From an uncultured bacterium (GTDB taxonomy: Bacteria; Babelota; Babeliae; Babelales; Vermiphilaceae): a stretch of 64,000 nucleotides of DNA. Location: the NCBI GenBank assembly GCA_963702025.1, contig OY969699.1, positions 800,001 to 864,000 on the forward strand, written 5' to 3'. This document shows positions 1 to 9,215 of the stretch, one piece after another (within the stretch, counting starts at the first letter, position 1; each line of letters opens with the position of its first letter). A model generated the notes under the pieces. The model ran no database searches and was not told the origin of the DNA. It worked only from the letters and a program-made list of their open reading frames with translations. Made by a program: the position numbers and the translations under genes.

Positions 1-880
1 TGATGCCTGCAGCTTCCATTGCTTTAAGTTTTTCTAACCGAACATGGTGCTCAGGGCTATCATCACTTTGCGTGACTTCAGGTATGGCTTCCACTTTAGC
101 AGTTGTAATTTTATAAGGAGACTCAGCCAATTCAATTTTTTTAAAGGGATTTTGTTCTACAAAATGGTTATCTTTTTTAAGAGTAATAGTTGGATTTTGC
201 TCATCAAGAAATGCAACGGTGACCGTGCCGCCACAATACTTTTGAATAAGTGATGCTAGCTCATTGGTGGCAGCTTCTAAAAATTTTTGATCAACGGGTG
301 GTAATATTTCTAATACAAGAAAAGCATTACGGGTTTGTGGAGTAATTTTTGTGCGATCAGCTTCTTTCCAATTCCATCGGCGGCAAATGGCGCCATTCTC
401 ATCTTTATAAAAGACTTCGCCCTCGTTGGGAGTTTTAGCCTCTTTTTCACCCAATAAAATCGTAGGATTTTCATTTTTGCCAGCAAAAGTAAGTTCGATA
501 TCACCTTTTATGGTATCCAGGTCTTCGCCACCTGCAGGCAACATATATTTAAGTGAAATAATATTATAAATATCAACCAGGGAATTTATTGATCTAAACG
601 GCGCTCTTTTAATAACCCTACTAAGGAGATTTTCAATAGAAGATAAATGTTCTTTTGGCTTGGCCCCAAATTTTTTATATGCTTCGCGCCATGTTGTGAT
701 AGAGGGATGTTGGTTTAAGGTATCATGAGTTAAGTTGGTAACAACTTTTTGTTGCTGTTGCTGTAGTAAATCAACGATTTCTCTGGTTTCCTTAGTATTA
801 TTAGTATCTTTTGCAATAACAATACCAATACGAGCACCAGGGTATTCCTTAAAAATTCGTGGATTTATTTTAAACTGCAT
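1..880 (-). CDS. B3/4 (PheRS-beta editing-like) domain protein, open off the window edge; probable N-terminal fusion to lysine--tRNA ligase
   Basis: Manual translation from ATG at 880 (not in ORF track): MQFKINPRIFKEYP...WREAYKKFGAKP...SSIENL...INSLVDIYNIISLKYMLPAGGEDL...CRRWNWKEADRTKIT (B3/4 motifs), then a linker and EHHVRLEKLKAMEAAGI, resembling a LysRS-II N-terminus; no stop before position 1. Confidence 0.8.
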   Translation of the reverse strand, partial: MQFKINPRIFKEYPGARIGIVIAKDTNNTKETREIVDLLQQQQQKVVTNLTHDTLNQHPSITTWREAYKKFGAKPKEHLSSIENLLSRVIKRAPFRSINSLVDIYNIISLKYMLPAGGEDLDTIKGDIELTFAGKNENPTILLGEKEAKTPNEGEVFYKDENGAICRRWNWKEADRTKITPQTRNAFLVLEILPPVDQKFLEAATNELASLIQKYCGGTVTVAFLDEQNPTITLKKDNHFVEQNPFKKIELAESPYKITTAKVEAIPEVTQSDDSPEHHVRLEKLKAMEAAGI

Positions 881-980
881 AGCAAGTCCTTAAATCAGAT
901 ATAGTGTCTCAACAATTTCTTAGTATAGAGATTTTACCCTTTTTTTCTATTGGTAGGTCTACGCTCCCGGCTATGCCTAC

Positions 981-1008
981 TTGACAAAAGCAATCAGCCA
1001 TCTATACT
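981..1008 (+). promoter_or_regulatory. Putative sigma70 promoter for 1049 gene
   Basis: TTGACA-16 bp-TATACT; GGAG Shine-Dalgarno before ATG 1049. Confidence 0.55.
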
Positions 1009-1048
1009 AATAATTGCTATATGAAATTATTAAATATGGAGTGTTATT

Positions 1049-1897
1049 ATGTTTAGATATTTTATCTTATCAACTTTTCTATTTGTAACTTTAAACCTGC
1101 AAAGCATGGAGCATAAAGCAGGAAATCAGGAAGAAGATCTTATTGAAGAGGTTCAGGAAGAAGCTGACACCGTGGAATTAGTTCCTATGGAATCTCCTGC
1201 TGAAACGAATGCTCCTCTTGCGCCAAATGCTCCCAAAAAACGCCAATTTTTTGTTCATGTAATTTCTCCTAAAAAGTCAAAAACTGTTGCATTTGCTCCC
1301 GTGACTGAACCTCCATCGCTTAAGACCATATGTGCTCAGACGATTAATAACTTACTGCGCACCAGTAAATTGACCCTGTCAAACTGGGTAAAATATATAT
1401 CTTCAAAACCTGATGAGCTGCAACATATACTTTTTTCTGATCTTATCATTCGAAGCCAAGTGGAAAACCCTAACCTTGATAAAATTCATCGTTTAGAACT
1501 ATTAGAATTATGCGAAAAAATTTGTTCTGAGCTAAAAAAAATAAAACAAGATAATTGTTATGCCTCTTTTCTAGATGCTATGCTTGAAAACCTAACCCAA
1601 ATGAGCACCCGCTCCTTTCGCCTTCAGTGCATTGCACAGATACTTCAAGAAAACACATCTTTAGGTGAGCGAGTTCTCAAACGTCTTACTGACAAAAATG
1701 GCTATCATTTGTACCCTTATAAAATAGATGAAGCAAGATACTATCTCATAGCACATGAGCAGATAAAAGACTTTACCTATGAAAAAGTTGGAATGACCCA
1801 AGTTGTTAATGACAAAATTAGTGTCACCAGTAGCGCCATTACCCAACAACTCAATGCTAAGATTAAATCCGCTAAAAAAAATATTGAATTTGAGTAG
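1049..1897 (+). CDS. Secreted hypothetical protein with internal BC-box/SOCS-box-like motif
   Basis: Signal peptide then MEHK; acidic/Pro-rich linker; PPSLKTICAQTI...KPDELQHIL. Confidence 0.75.
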   Translation: MFRYFILSTFLFVTLNLQSMEHKAGNQEEDLIEEVQEEADTVELVPMESPAETNAPLAPNAPKKRQFFVHVISPKKSKTVAFAPVTEPPSLKTICAQTINNLLRTSKLTLSNWVKYISSKPDELQHILFSDLIIRSQVENPNLDKIHRLELLELCEKICSELKKIKQDNCYASFLDAMLENLTQMSTRSFRLQCIAQILQENTSLGERVLKRLTDKNGYHLYPYKIDEARYYLIAHEQIKDFTYEKVGMTQVVNDKISVTSSAITQQLNAKIKSAKKNIEFE

Positions 1898-2509
1898 TTA
1901 TTTTAGTGGATTTAAATAATTCTGTTCCGCCTGATCCCAGTTAACCACATGCCACCAGGCAGTAATATAATCGGGCCGTTTATTTTGGTATTTTAAATAA
2001 TAAGCATGTTCCCAAACATCAAGACCAAGCACCGGCTTATATCCTTGTAGCATAACCGGATCTTGATTTGGTGTAGAAATTACACATAACTGACCATTTT
2101 TGTCCAGCACCAACCAGGCCCAACCGCTGCCAAACACTTTCTTTGCAGCAGCATTAAACTCTTCTTGGAATTTTTCAAATGAGCCAAATTTTTTATCGAT
2201 AGCTTTGGCAAGCTCCCCCTTGGGACTGCCACCACCATTTTTTTTCATGAGCGGCCAAAAGAATGAATGATTAAAATCCCCGCCCGCATTATTTTTTACC
2301 GTCGTTTGTATTTCTTTAGGGAGTTTATCTATTGATTGGATAATTTCCAGCAAAGACTTTTTTTGCCATTCAGGCAAATCTTTTAATGCCGCATTTAGAT
2401 TATCAATGTAGGCTTGGTGGTGCTTGGTGTAATGAATTTCCATGGTACGCGCATCGATGTATGGTTCAAGCGCATCATAGGCGTAGGGTAATGGTGGTAA
2501 AACAAACAT
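1898..2509 (-). CDS. sodA: Superoxide dismutase (Mn/Fe)
   Basis: LPPLPYAYDALEP, HYTKHH, DVWEHAYY; start at MFVLPP with GGAG SD. Confidence 0.95.
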   Translation of the reverse strand: MFVLPPLPYAYDALEPYIDARTMEIHYTKHHQAYIDNLNAALKDLPEWQKKSLLEIIQSIDKLPKEIQTTVKNNAGGDFNHSFFWPLMKKNGGGSPKGELAKAIDKKFGSFEKFQEEFNAAAKKVFGSGWAWLVLDKNGQLCVISTPNQDPVMLQGYKPVLGLDVWEHAYYLKYQNKRPDYITAWWHVVNWDQAEQNYLNPLK

Positions 2510-2525
2510 AAGAATCTCCTCAAAT

Positions 2526-2650
2526 ATGGTTCGATACGATTGCTCCGCAATCACTCACCACGAACGGATTTTTCCGCTCATCCTGCCGTGCCCGCCGAAG
2601 CTTTATGCGAAGGCTGGGAGTAGAAACCGAAGGTTTTCATATCGAAGGAT
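2526..2650. repeat. Inverted pair of REP-like hairpins, second one interrupted by a nested hairpin
   Basis: atggttcgatacgattgctccgcaatcactcaccacg, near-identical to 45143; ccgctcatcctg[33 bp]agtagaaaccgaaggttttcatatcgaagga. Confidence 0.85.
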
Positions 2651-2928
2651 TAAACTAAATAAATTTCTTCATCAGCGCGGGCCATCTGCAATTGTTCCCG
2701 CGCAATTTTTTCTTTAAAAAAGGGATGACTCTTTTGTAATGCAATATGCGAACGCAATCGGTCAACCTCGCCGGTGAGAAGCACAACTTCTTTTTCAAGA
2801 GCAGTAATATCACTTTTCATGTGCAGCATGTCCATGATACCATTGGTGCCAAAAAAATAAAAACCCAGAAAAAGAATCAATTCTCCGGCAAAAAGAATGC
2901 GCACAACATACCGTTTATGAAATACCAT
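2650..2928 (-). CDS. Septum formation initiator (FtsB/DivIC family)
   Basis: Single TM, FGTNG, coiled coil, EKIAREQLQMARADE. Confidence 0.8.
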   Translation of the reverse strand: MVFHKRYVVRILFAGELILFLGFYFFGTNGIMDMLHMKSDITALEKEVVLLTGEVDRLRSHIALQKSHPFFKEKIAREQLQMARADEEIYLV

Positions 2929-3031
2929 TTTTCTATCCTCATTTCTATCTACAGATAGTTTTCTACAAAATCATAGAAAAAATCAAACAAAAAAGTTTAG
3001 TGTTGTAGAAATTAAGATACAAGGAGAGATA

Positions 3032-4738
3032 ATGGTCATTTTGCTTATATTTGCATTTTTATCAGGAATCATCACCGTTCTTTCGCCTTGCATCTTGCCC
3101 GTACTGCCTATTTTGCTTGCCGTGAGTATTGGTGAAGGAAGATATCGGCCATTGGGGATTATTTGTGGGTTAATAATCAGTTTCACTTTCTTTACTTTAT
3201 CACTCACTGCACTAGTTCACGCGACCGGTATTTCAGCAAATGCATTACGCTATTGCGCCATTGGGCTATTAATACTCTTTGGGCTCACTTTGATATTTCC
3301 GCGCTTGGAACTTTTCTTTTCTCAACTAACCGGCGGCATTGCCAACCTTGGCACACAAATAGAATCACAATCGGCACGGTTGGGCGGTGGATTTTGGAGT
3401 GGCTTTATGGTCGGCAGTGCACTTGGTTTGATTTGGGCACCATGCGCCGGACCAATTTTGGCTACGATTGTTACGTTAGTGGCAACCAGCTCCATAACGT
3501 TGGGCACCGTGCTCATCACGCTTGCCTATAGCGCGGGCACTGCCTTACCAATGTTTTTAATAATGTATGGCAGCAATAAAATTATCAGCTCAACTATGAG
3601 TCTGGGTGCTTACACTCCACTCATTAGAACTCTTTTTGGTATCATAATGATTGCCGGCGCATTGGCAATCTTATTTCATGCCGATGTTGCGTTGCAGCAA
3701 TTTACGCTCAACTATTTCCCTTCGCTTTCTATTGAAAATAATCCAACAATACGCAACGAAATTGAAAAATTTAAACAACAAGCAACCGGGATTCCTTTGT
3801 TATCCGCCGCACCGCGTCTGGGTGGCGCTGCCCCCGATTTTGTTGGCATACAAGAGTGGGTCAATTCACCACCGCTTTCACCTGCCACATTGCGCGGTAC
3901 GGCATTTTTAGTAGATTTTTGGACCTATAGCTGCATCAATTGTGTGCGCACTCTTCCTTATTTAAAAAAATGGTATGCCGATTATCATGATAAAGGTTTT
4001 ACTATCATCGGTGTTCACACGCCAGAATTCGAATTTGAAAAAGATCGGGCAAATGTTATAGCCGCAGTGAAACGCTTTGGTATCGAGTATCCCGTTGCAT
4101 TAGATAATGAATATAAAACATGGCAGAATTATCACAATAGCTATTGGCCCGCCCATTATCTTGTTGATCAAAACGGCATAGTCAAAGAGATACACTTTGG
4201 TGAAGGCAACTATACCGAAACTGAAAACGAGATACGAAAACTCTTAGGATTAGAGCCGGTTGCACAGATAAAAGAAGAAGTGGTCCGTGCACGCCAAACG
4301 CCTGAAACCTATTTAGGAGCATCACGCGGACGCAGTTATATTAATAGCCTAAAACCCAACCAAATTAGCGATTATTCTTACAGCAGCGCCCTCATGCATG
4401 ATCAAGTTGGTCTGACCGGCCAATGGTACGTGGCACCTGAATTTATACAATCAAACAGTGATTCGGCAACATTGAGTATTAATTTCACGGCAAATCGTGT
4501 TTATCTGGTTATGGCATCGCCAGAGAGCAAATCAATTATTCTCTTTTTGGATGGCAATCCATTACCCGCAGAATTTTCCGGCAAAGATGTAACAAACACC
4601 AATACACTGACAGTTAAAGAATCACGCATGTATGATCTGATTGATCTTAAAAAAAATAACGGCAACCATCTACTCACCCTTCAAGTGCCAAAAGATGTGC
4701 AATTGTTTGCATTTACCTTCGGTAGTGGTGTGCAGTAA
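3032..4738 (+). CDS. dipZ: DipZ-like cytochrome c biogenesis/thiol-disulfide protein (DsbD-TM + thioredoxin + C-terminal domain)
   Basis: SPCILPVLP, WAPCAGPIL, DFWTYSCINC, GVHTPEF, TPETYLG. Confidence 0.9.
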   Translation: MVILLIFAFLSGIITVLSPCILPVLPILLAVSIGEGRYRPLGIICGLIISFTFFTLSLTALVHATGISANALRYCAIGLLILFGLTLIFPRLELFFSQLTGGIANLGTQIESQSARLGGGFWSGFMVGSALGLIWAPCAGPILATIVTLVATSSITLGTVLITLAYSAGTALPMFLIMYGSNKIISSTMSLGAYTPLIRTLFGIIMIAGALAILFHADVALQQFTLNYFPSLSIENNPTIRNEIEKFKQQATGIPLLSAAPRLGGAAPDFVGIQEWVNSPPLSPATLRGTAFLVDFWTYSCINCVRTLPYLKKWYADYHDKGFTIIGVHTPEFEFEKDRANVIAAVKRFGIEYPVALDNEYKTWQNYHNSYWPAHYLVDQNGIVKEIHFGEGNYTETENEIRKLLGLEPVAQIKEEVVRARQTPETYLGASRGRSYINSLKPNQISDYSYSSALMHDQVGLTGQWYVAPEFIQSNSDSATLSINFTANRVYLVMASPESKSIILFLDGNPLPAEFSGKDVTNTNTLTVKESRMYDLIDLKKNNGNHLLTLQVPKDVQLFAFTFGSGVQ

Positions 4739-4752
4739 CAAAGGAGAATCTC

Positions 4753-6303
4753 ATGAATAAAATATTACTTCTCATTATCTGCTTATGTATAAACATCTAC
4801 CCAAAAGAAAAAGAGAAAGAAAAAGTGCCGGACAATTTTGATGAAACGGTCTATTCCTGGTCTCGCACCTTTGCCGAAACAGTACAATTAACCAACCAAA
4901 AACATTATAAAATAGGCGACGGCCAACAATGTTGGATCAATGCCATCCGCACCTTTTTAAGTTCAGTTGATCCACACTCAGATCTGCTTGATCCTAAAAC
5001 TTATAAAAGTATGCTCCAAGCAACCAGTGGAGAATTTTTTGGTATCGGAATTGTGATTGATAACACGCGTAATTCAAAAGATAAACAATTAATAGTTATC
5101 GACACTATTCCTGATGGCCCGGCCGATAAAGCGGGTATGAAACCCTTTGATAAAATAGTTGAAGTTGAAGGCAAGGCGCTTGAAGGAATGCCCACCGAAG
5201 AAGCAACCGATATGCTCAAAGGAGAACGTAACACAAAAGTGCACGTAAAAGTAATGCGAGAAAATCAACCGGAAATTCTCTCATTTGACATTACGCGTGA
5301 CGTGATTAAGGAACAGAATTCACTCTGCTTTTATTTAGAGGATCAAGATATCTATTATTTATCGCTCAATATGTTCACCGAAACATCCGCAACGCAACTT
5401 GAGCAATTGCTCGCCAAAGCGCATCAAAAAAAATTTAAAGGGCTCATTCTTGATTTGCGGAATAACACCGGCGGCTTATTAACTTCAGCCGTTGATATTG
5501 CCGGATTATTTTTAGATAAAGGCAGCTTGGTGGTTACCACAAAAGATAAACATGGCGCAGTAACCGAAGAATATCGCACCACCAGAAATCCCATCGCGAG
5601 CAACATTCCTCTTTTTATTCTGATTAATAACTACACTGCCTCGGCGGCAGAGATTTTGGCAGGCGCATTAAAAATTCATGCCAGCAAAGAAGTTAAAGAA
5701 AACCCATCGGCCCGCGCAGGGCGAGCGGAGGCTCCGATTCAGGCTGAGGCCAATCGAAGCAAACAAAAGAAAAATAATAATCAGATGGTATTTTTGGTCG
5801 GCACCAGAACGTTTGGCAAGAGTTCGGTGCAGGAAGTGATACCGATCAGCAACAATTGCGCCATCAAAATTACCACCTCATTATACTTTCTTCCTAATGA
5901 TACTTCCGTGCAAGCAGAAGGAATCACGCCGGATTTTGAAATTGAACGTTGCTTGCCACCCAGCGACCAACACCAGTGGCTCACCAAATTTTATGGCCGT
6001 GAGCAAGCATTGCCTAATCACATCCAAATAAAAGAAAAAACTGAGCAGGAAAAGAAGGAAGAATCTGCCAAGGGATCAAAGGATACAATAAAAAGTTGGA
6101 CCGAACGGGCAAAACAAGTGCTCCTTGCTGATAATCAGTTCCGCGAAGCTATTACATTGATGAATCTTCTTGCCATGGGACAAAAACATTGTTCGGTTGA
6201 TTTACAAAGCAGACAAGGCGCACTCGATTTTATTAACGGTATATTTGTTTCTAATAAGAAGTTAAACTTGGTGGAAGTTAAAACGAACAAAAATGAGAAA
6301 TGA
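4753..6303 (+). CDS. S41 carboxy-terminal processing protease (PDZ)
   Basis: FFGIGI PDZ, LDLRNNTGG, TASAAEILAGAL, TFGKSSVQ; signal peptide. Confidence 0.9.
   Translation: MNKILLLIICLCINIYPKEKEKEKVPDNFDETVYSWSRTFAETVQLTNQKHYKIGDGQQCWINAIRTFLSSVDPHSDLLDPKTYKSMLQATSGEFFGIGIVIDNTRNSKDKQLIVIDTIPDGPADKAGMKPFDKIVEVEGKALEGMPTEEATDMLKGERNTKVHVKVMRENQPEILSFDITRDVIKEQNSLCFYLEDQDIYYLSLNMFTETSATQLEQLLAKAHQKKFKGLILDLRNNTGGLLTSAVDIAGLFLDKGSLVVTTKDKHGAVTEEYRTTRNPIASNIPLFILINNYTASAAEILAGALKIHASKEVKENPSARAGRAEAPIQAEANRSKQKKNNNQMVFLVGTRTFGKSSVQEVIPISNNCAIKITTSLYFLPNDTSVQAEGITPDFEIERCLPPSDQHQWLTKFYGREQALPNHIQIKEKTEQEKKEESAKGSKDTIKSWTERAKQVLLADNQFREAITLMNLLAMGQKHCSVDLQSRQGALDFINGIFVSNKKLNLVEVKTNKNEK
5703..5760. 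repeat. GC-rich REP-like hairpin insert in frame within the S41 gene
   Basis: atcgg...ccgat stem and gc-TGAG-gccaa-TCGAA-gc motif matching the intergenic family. Confidence 0.55.
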
Positions 6304-6380
6304 TGCCAATTGCTCTTTTTGCAATAAACATTATCCTTTAACAAAAATGAAATTGAAAATATTTTTGTAAAGGAATGGTT

Positions 6381-7673
6381 ATGAATCGTTTTCTTGCCCT
6401 TTTTTGTCTCACACTTGGATTTGCTACCCATTTCTACGCCGATGAACCGTCAAAAGTAAAAACATTATTCGGAAATAACATTGAAATGAAACATAACCCC
6501 GAATGGATAGAACAACTTAATAAAGCAATCGCGCAAGAAGATCCGGCACTGAAAAAGAAACTTGAAGATAATTGCGCAGCACTGCCACTTGCCAAGCAAT
6601 TTCCGGCACTCAGAATTCCTCATATTTCATTGTGCAAGCTGCCAACACCGGTACAAAAACTAGAAAATCTCAGCAAAGAATTGGGCACCACTATTTTTAT
6701 TAAAAGAGATGATATGACCGGGGGCCAATTATATGGCGGCAACAAGCCCCGCAAATTAGAATTTGAACTTGCCCGTGCATTAAGCCATCAAGCAAAAAGT
6801 ATCGTAACATTTGGCTGCGCAGGATCCAACCATGCAGTTGCAACCAGCGAACATGCGCGCAATTTAGGCTTAAAGCCAGTCTGCATGTTGAAACCGCAAG
6901 CAAATTCTCAGGTTGTGCGAAAAAACTTACTCCTTCATCTTGCCAATGGCACCGAACTTCACTATGCCCCTAATAATGATGTGAGAAAAGTGTCTGCCAT
7001 TAGCACGTGGCTTGATCTGGTAAATAGAAAATTGCAACCGTATTATATCCCAACCGGCGGATCAACACCATTAGGCGCGGTAGGCTTTGTGAACGCTGCG
7101 TGCGAACTCAAAGAGCAAATTGATGCCGGCTTGATACCAATGCCTGATTATGTTTATGTTCCCTGCGGCAGTTGTGCAACCACCGTTGGCTTAACATTAG
7201 GATTTAAAACTCTCAATTTACCAATAAAAGTTATGGCAATTGCCGTTGAACCGGAAGAAGAGCCGCAAGAATTTAAAACTACTATCACCAAACTCTTTAA
7301 GGCAACCAATGAATTACTCAATAAAGTTACCAATGGCACATTCCCAATCCTTGAACTGAAACCGGAAGACATCGAAATAAACCTTAATTTCACCGGACCA
7401 GAATACGCTGTCTTTACCCAAGAAGGAATTGCAGCTCGTGAGCTTTTAAAGAAAACTGAAGCAATAACGATTGATGGCACGTATACCTGCAAAGCTTTCG
7501 CAGCGCTCTTGGCAGATATTAGATCAAAGAAAAGTGAAAATAAAACAGTTCTCTTCTGGAACACCTACTGCGGCGCTGAATTTCAAAATCGTGTAGCTTC
7601 GGTCAATTATAAGGATCTACCAGCATGCTTTCATGCTTATTTTGAAGAAGATGTGCAAGAATTGGATAAATAA
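6381..7673 (+). CDS. PLP-dependent D-cysteine desulfhydrase/ACC deaminase-family protein with signal peptide
   Basis: PTPVQKL, IKRDD, GGNKPRKLEF, SNHA, IPTGGS, DGTYTCKA. Confidence 0.85.
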   Translation: MNRFLALFCLTLGFATHFYADEPSKVKTLFGNNIEMKHNPEWIEQLNKAIAQEDPALKKKLEDNCAALPLAKQFPALRIPHISLCKLPTPVQKLENLSKELGTTIFIKRDDMTGGQLYGGNKPRKLEFELARALSHQAKSIVTFGCAGSNHAVATSEHARNLGLKPVCMLKPQANSQVVRKNLLLHLANGTELHYAPNNDVRKVSAISTWLDLVNRKLQPYYIPTGGSTPLGAVGFVNAACELKEQIDAGLIPMPDYVYVPCGSCATTVGLTLGFKTLNLPIKVMAIAVEPEEEPQEFKTTITKLFKATNELLNKVTNGTFPILELKPEDIEINLNFTGPEYAVFTQEGIAARELLKKTEAITIDGTYTCKAFAALLADIRSKKSENKTVLFWNTYCGAEFQNRVASVNYKDLPACFHAYFEEDVQELDK

Positions 7674-8960
7674 TTATGTGTCTTGAAACTCAAACGGCAA
7701 CATTCTTTTTGCAAGCTCAAATTTTTCAATAATTTCTTGTCGGTCACGGCCACCGATATTCATGAGGCCATACCGATAACTCTTGCCATCTTGCAACTGA
7801 TCGGAAAGTAGTTCACCTTCGCTGGTATATACGTATATTCGAATATCAGGTATCGCTTCTTTTACTTTTTCTATATCAGCTGAGCTGGGCACTTTTACTA
7901 CTTTTTTATTTTCAAAAAGACGCAAAACACAGCTTGCCGCCATCGCATAGTTACCCTTTGCCCGCGGCAGCACGGGTTGTTTTCCTGTTGCAACGTCGAG
8001 TGCAACACGGTAAGCGTTAAAGCCTTCAACTTTTTCATAAAGATCGGCAAATTGTGAAGAAAATCGCGGGTTAACTTCTATAATATGAATCTCATCGGTT
8101 ACCGGATTATACATCATTTCTATATTAAACAATGAATTATTAAAATTGATGCCCGTTAAAAAACGCGCAGCAATATCTGCCATTCTTTGCTGCACATTTT
8201 CAGGCAATACGGATGGATATTCAAAGCGAGAAAAGCTTATGGTTCCGGGGAACATAATTGAATCAGTAATACCAATAGTATGGCACACATTATCTTGCAC
8301 AAACCCTTCAACGTTCACTTGCTGGCCGTGCAAGAATCCCTCGGCAATAAAATAGTCCCCGCTCATATCTATGGAAGAATAATGCTGAAGAAACCAATTA
8401 AACTGATATAAAAACCGATCAGACATACTGCCCGTTTTTGTTACAAAATTCGTAAGCTCCGGTAAAGATTCAATCTTATTGGCTAAAAAAGAAAAATATG
8501 CTTTTACTGGTTTTACAAAAACAGGAAATTGCAAAGAAAATGTTTTTGGATCAAATGAATTGGGATTAATAAGTTCAAATCCGGGTGTAGCTTCAGGAAC
8601 CAATTGGGCCTGTAAACAGCGTGCATAATATTTATGCTGGCATTCTAATATTGGAGCAGATGAAGGTGCAATGAACTTTTTATTGTAGGCAATAATACTG
8701 GCATAAATGCTTCCGGGGTAATCGTCGGAAGAAAGAACACCCGTTATTGCATGCGTATCACAAAATTCTAATAATTCGTTAATAATAAGTGCGGGATTAC
8801 TTTTTTCAAATTGTCCATCATAGTTTCTGGCGAGAATGCGCTCAAATGATGTTTCATCATAATCATGAAATTCTACTACTACATCACCAATTATATGTGG
8901 TGATGATAATTCACACCTATCTCTCTTGGTAGGACAAATTACTAAAATTTTTTGCTTCAT
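7674..8960 (-). CDS. ATP-grasp domain protein
   Basis: HKYYAR, FPVFVKP, IAEGFL, IIEVNPR. Confidence 0.85.
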   Translation of the reverse strand: MKQKILVICPTKRDRCELSSPHIIGDVVVEFHDYDETSFERILARNYDGQFEKSNPALIINELLEFCDTHAITGVLSSDDYPGSIYASIIAYNKKFIAPSSAPILECQHKYYARCLQAQLVPEATPGFELINPNSFDPKTFSLQFPVFVKPVKAYFSFLANKIESLPELTNFVTKTGSMSDRFLYQFNWFLQHYSSIDMSGDYFIAEGFLHGQQVNVEGFVQDNVCHTIGITDSIMFPGTISFSRFEYPSVLPENVQQRMADIAARFLTGINFNNSLFNIEMMYNPVTDEIHIIEVNPRFSSQFADLYEKVEGFNAYRVALDVATGKQPVLPRAKGNYAMAASCVLRLFENKKVVKVPSSADIEKVKEAIPDIRIYVYTSEGELLSDQLQDGKSYRYGLMNIGGRDRQEIIEKFELAKRMLPFEFQDT

Positions 8961-8986
8961 TAGATCTCTTTTTGAAACTTGCTCGA

Positions 8987-9170
8987 ATGGTTCGATCCGG
9001 CCTACGCCCCGGCTTCGGCGGACAGGCCGAGCGTTTACTCCCTCGCTTGCTGCGCCCGGCGTCCTTCGATACGAAAACTGCGTTTTCTACTCAGGATGAG
9101 CGGAAGAACGCGGTTACTCCCGAGCCCTGTCGAGGGACTTGGTCAAGACGGGTCGAAGGGTGCGAGTGGT
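8987..9170. repeat. Composite REP-like cluster
   Basis: gtccttcgatacgaaaactgcgttttctactcaggatgagcggaagaacgcggttactcccgag, similar to 38714 and 38963. Confidence 0.85.
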
Positions 9171-9215
9171 AAAAACAACATAGTGTCAAAAGAAGTCTAG
9201 TATAGATTTTTTTGT

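Noticed and set aside
8972..9200. Short ORFs over repeats (also 2526, 11522, 38687, 38712, 38881, 39168)
   Set aside because: They are translations of GC-rich repeats or tRNA genes, with no SD or protein-like features
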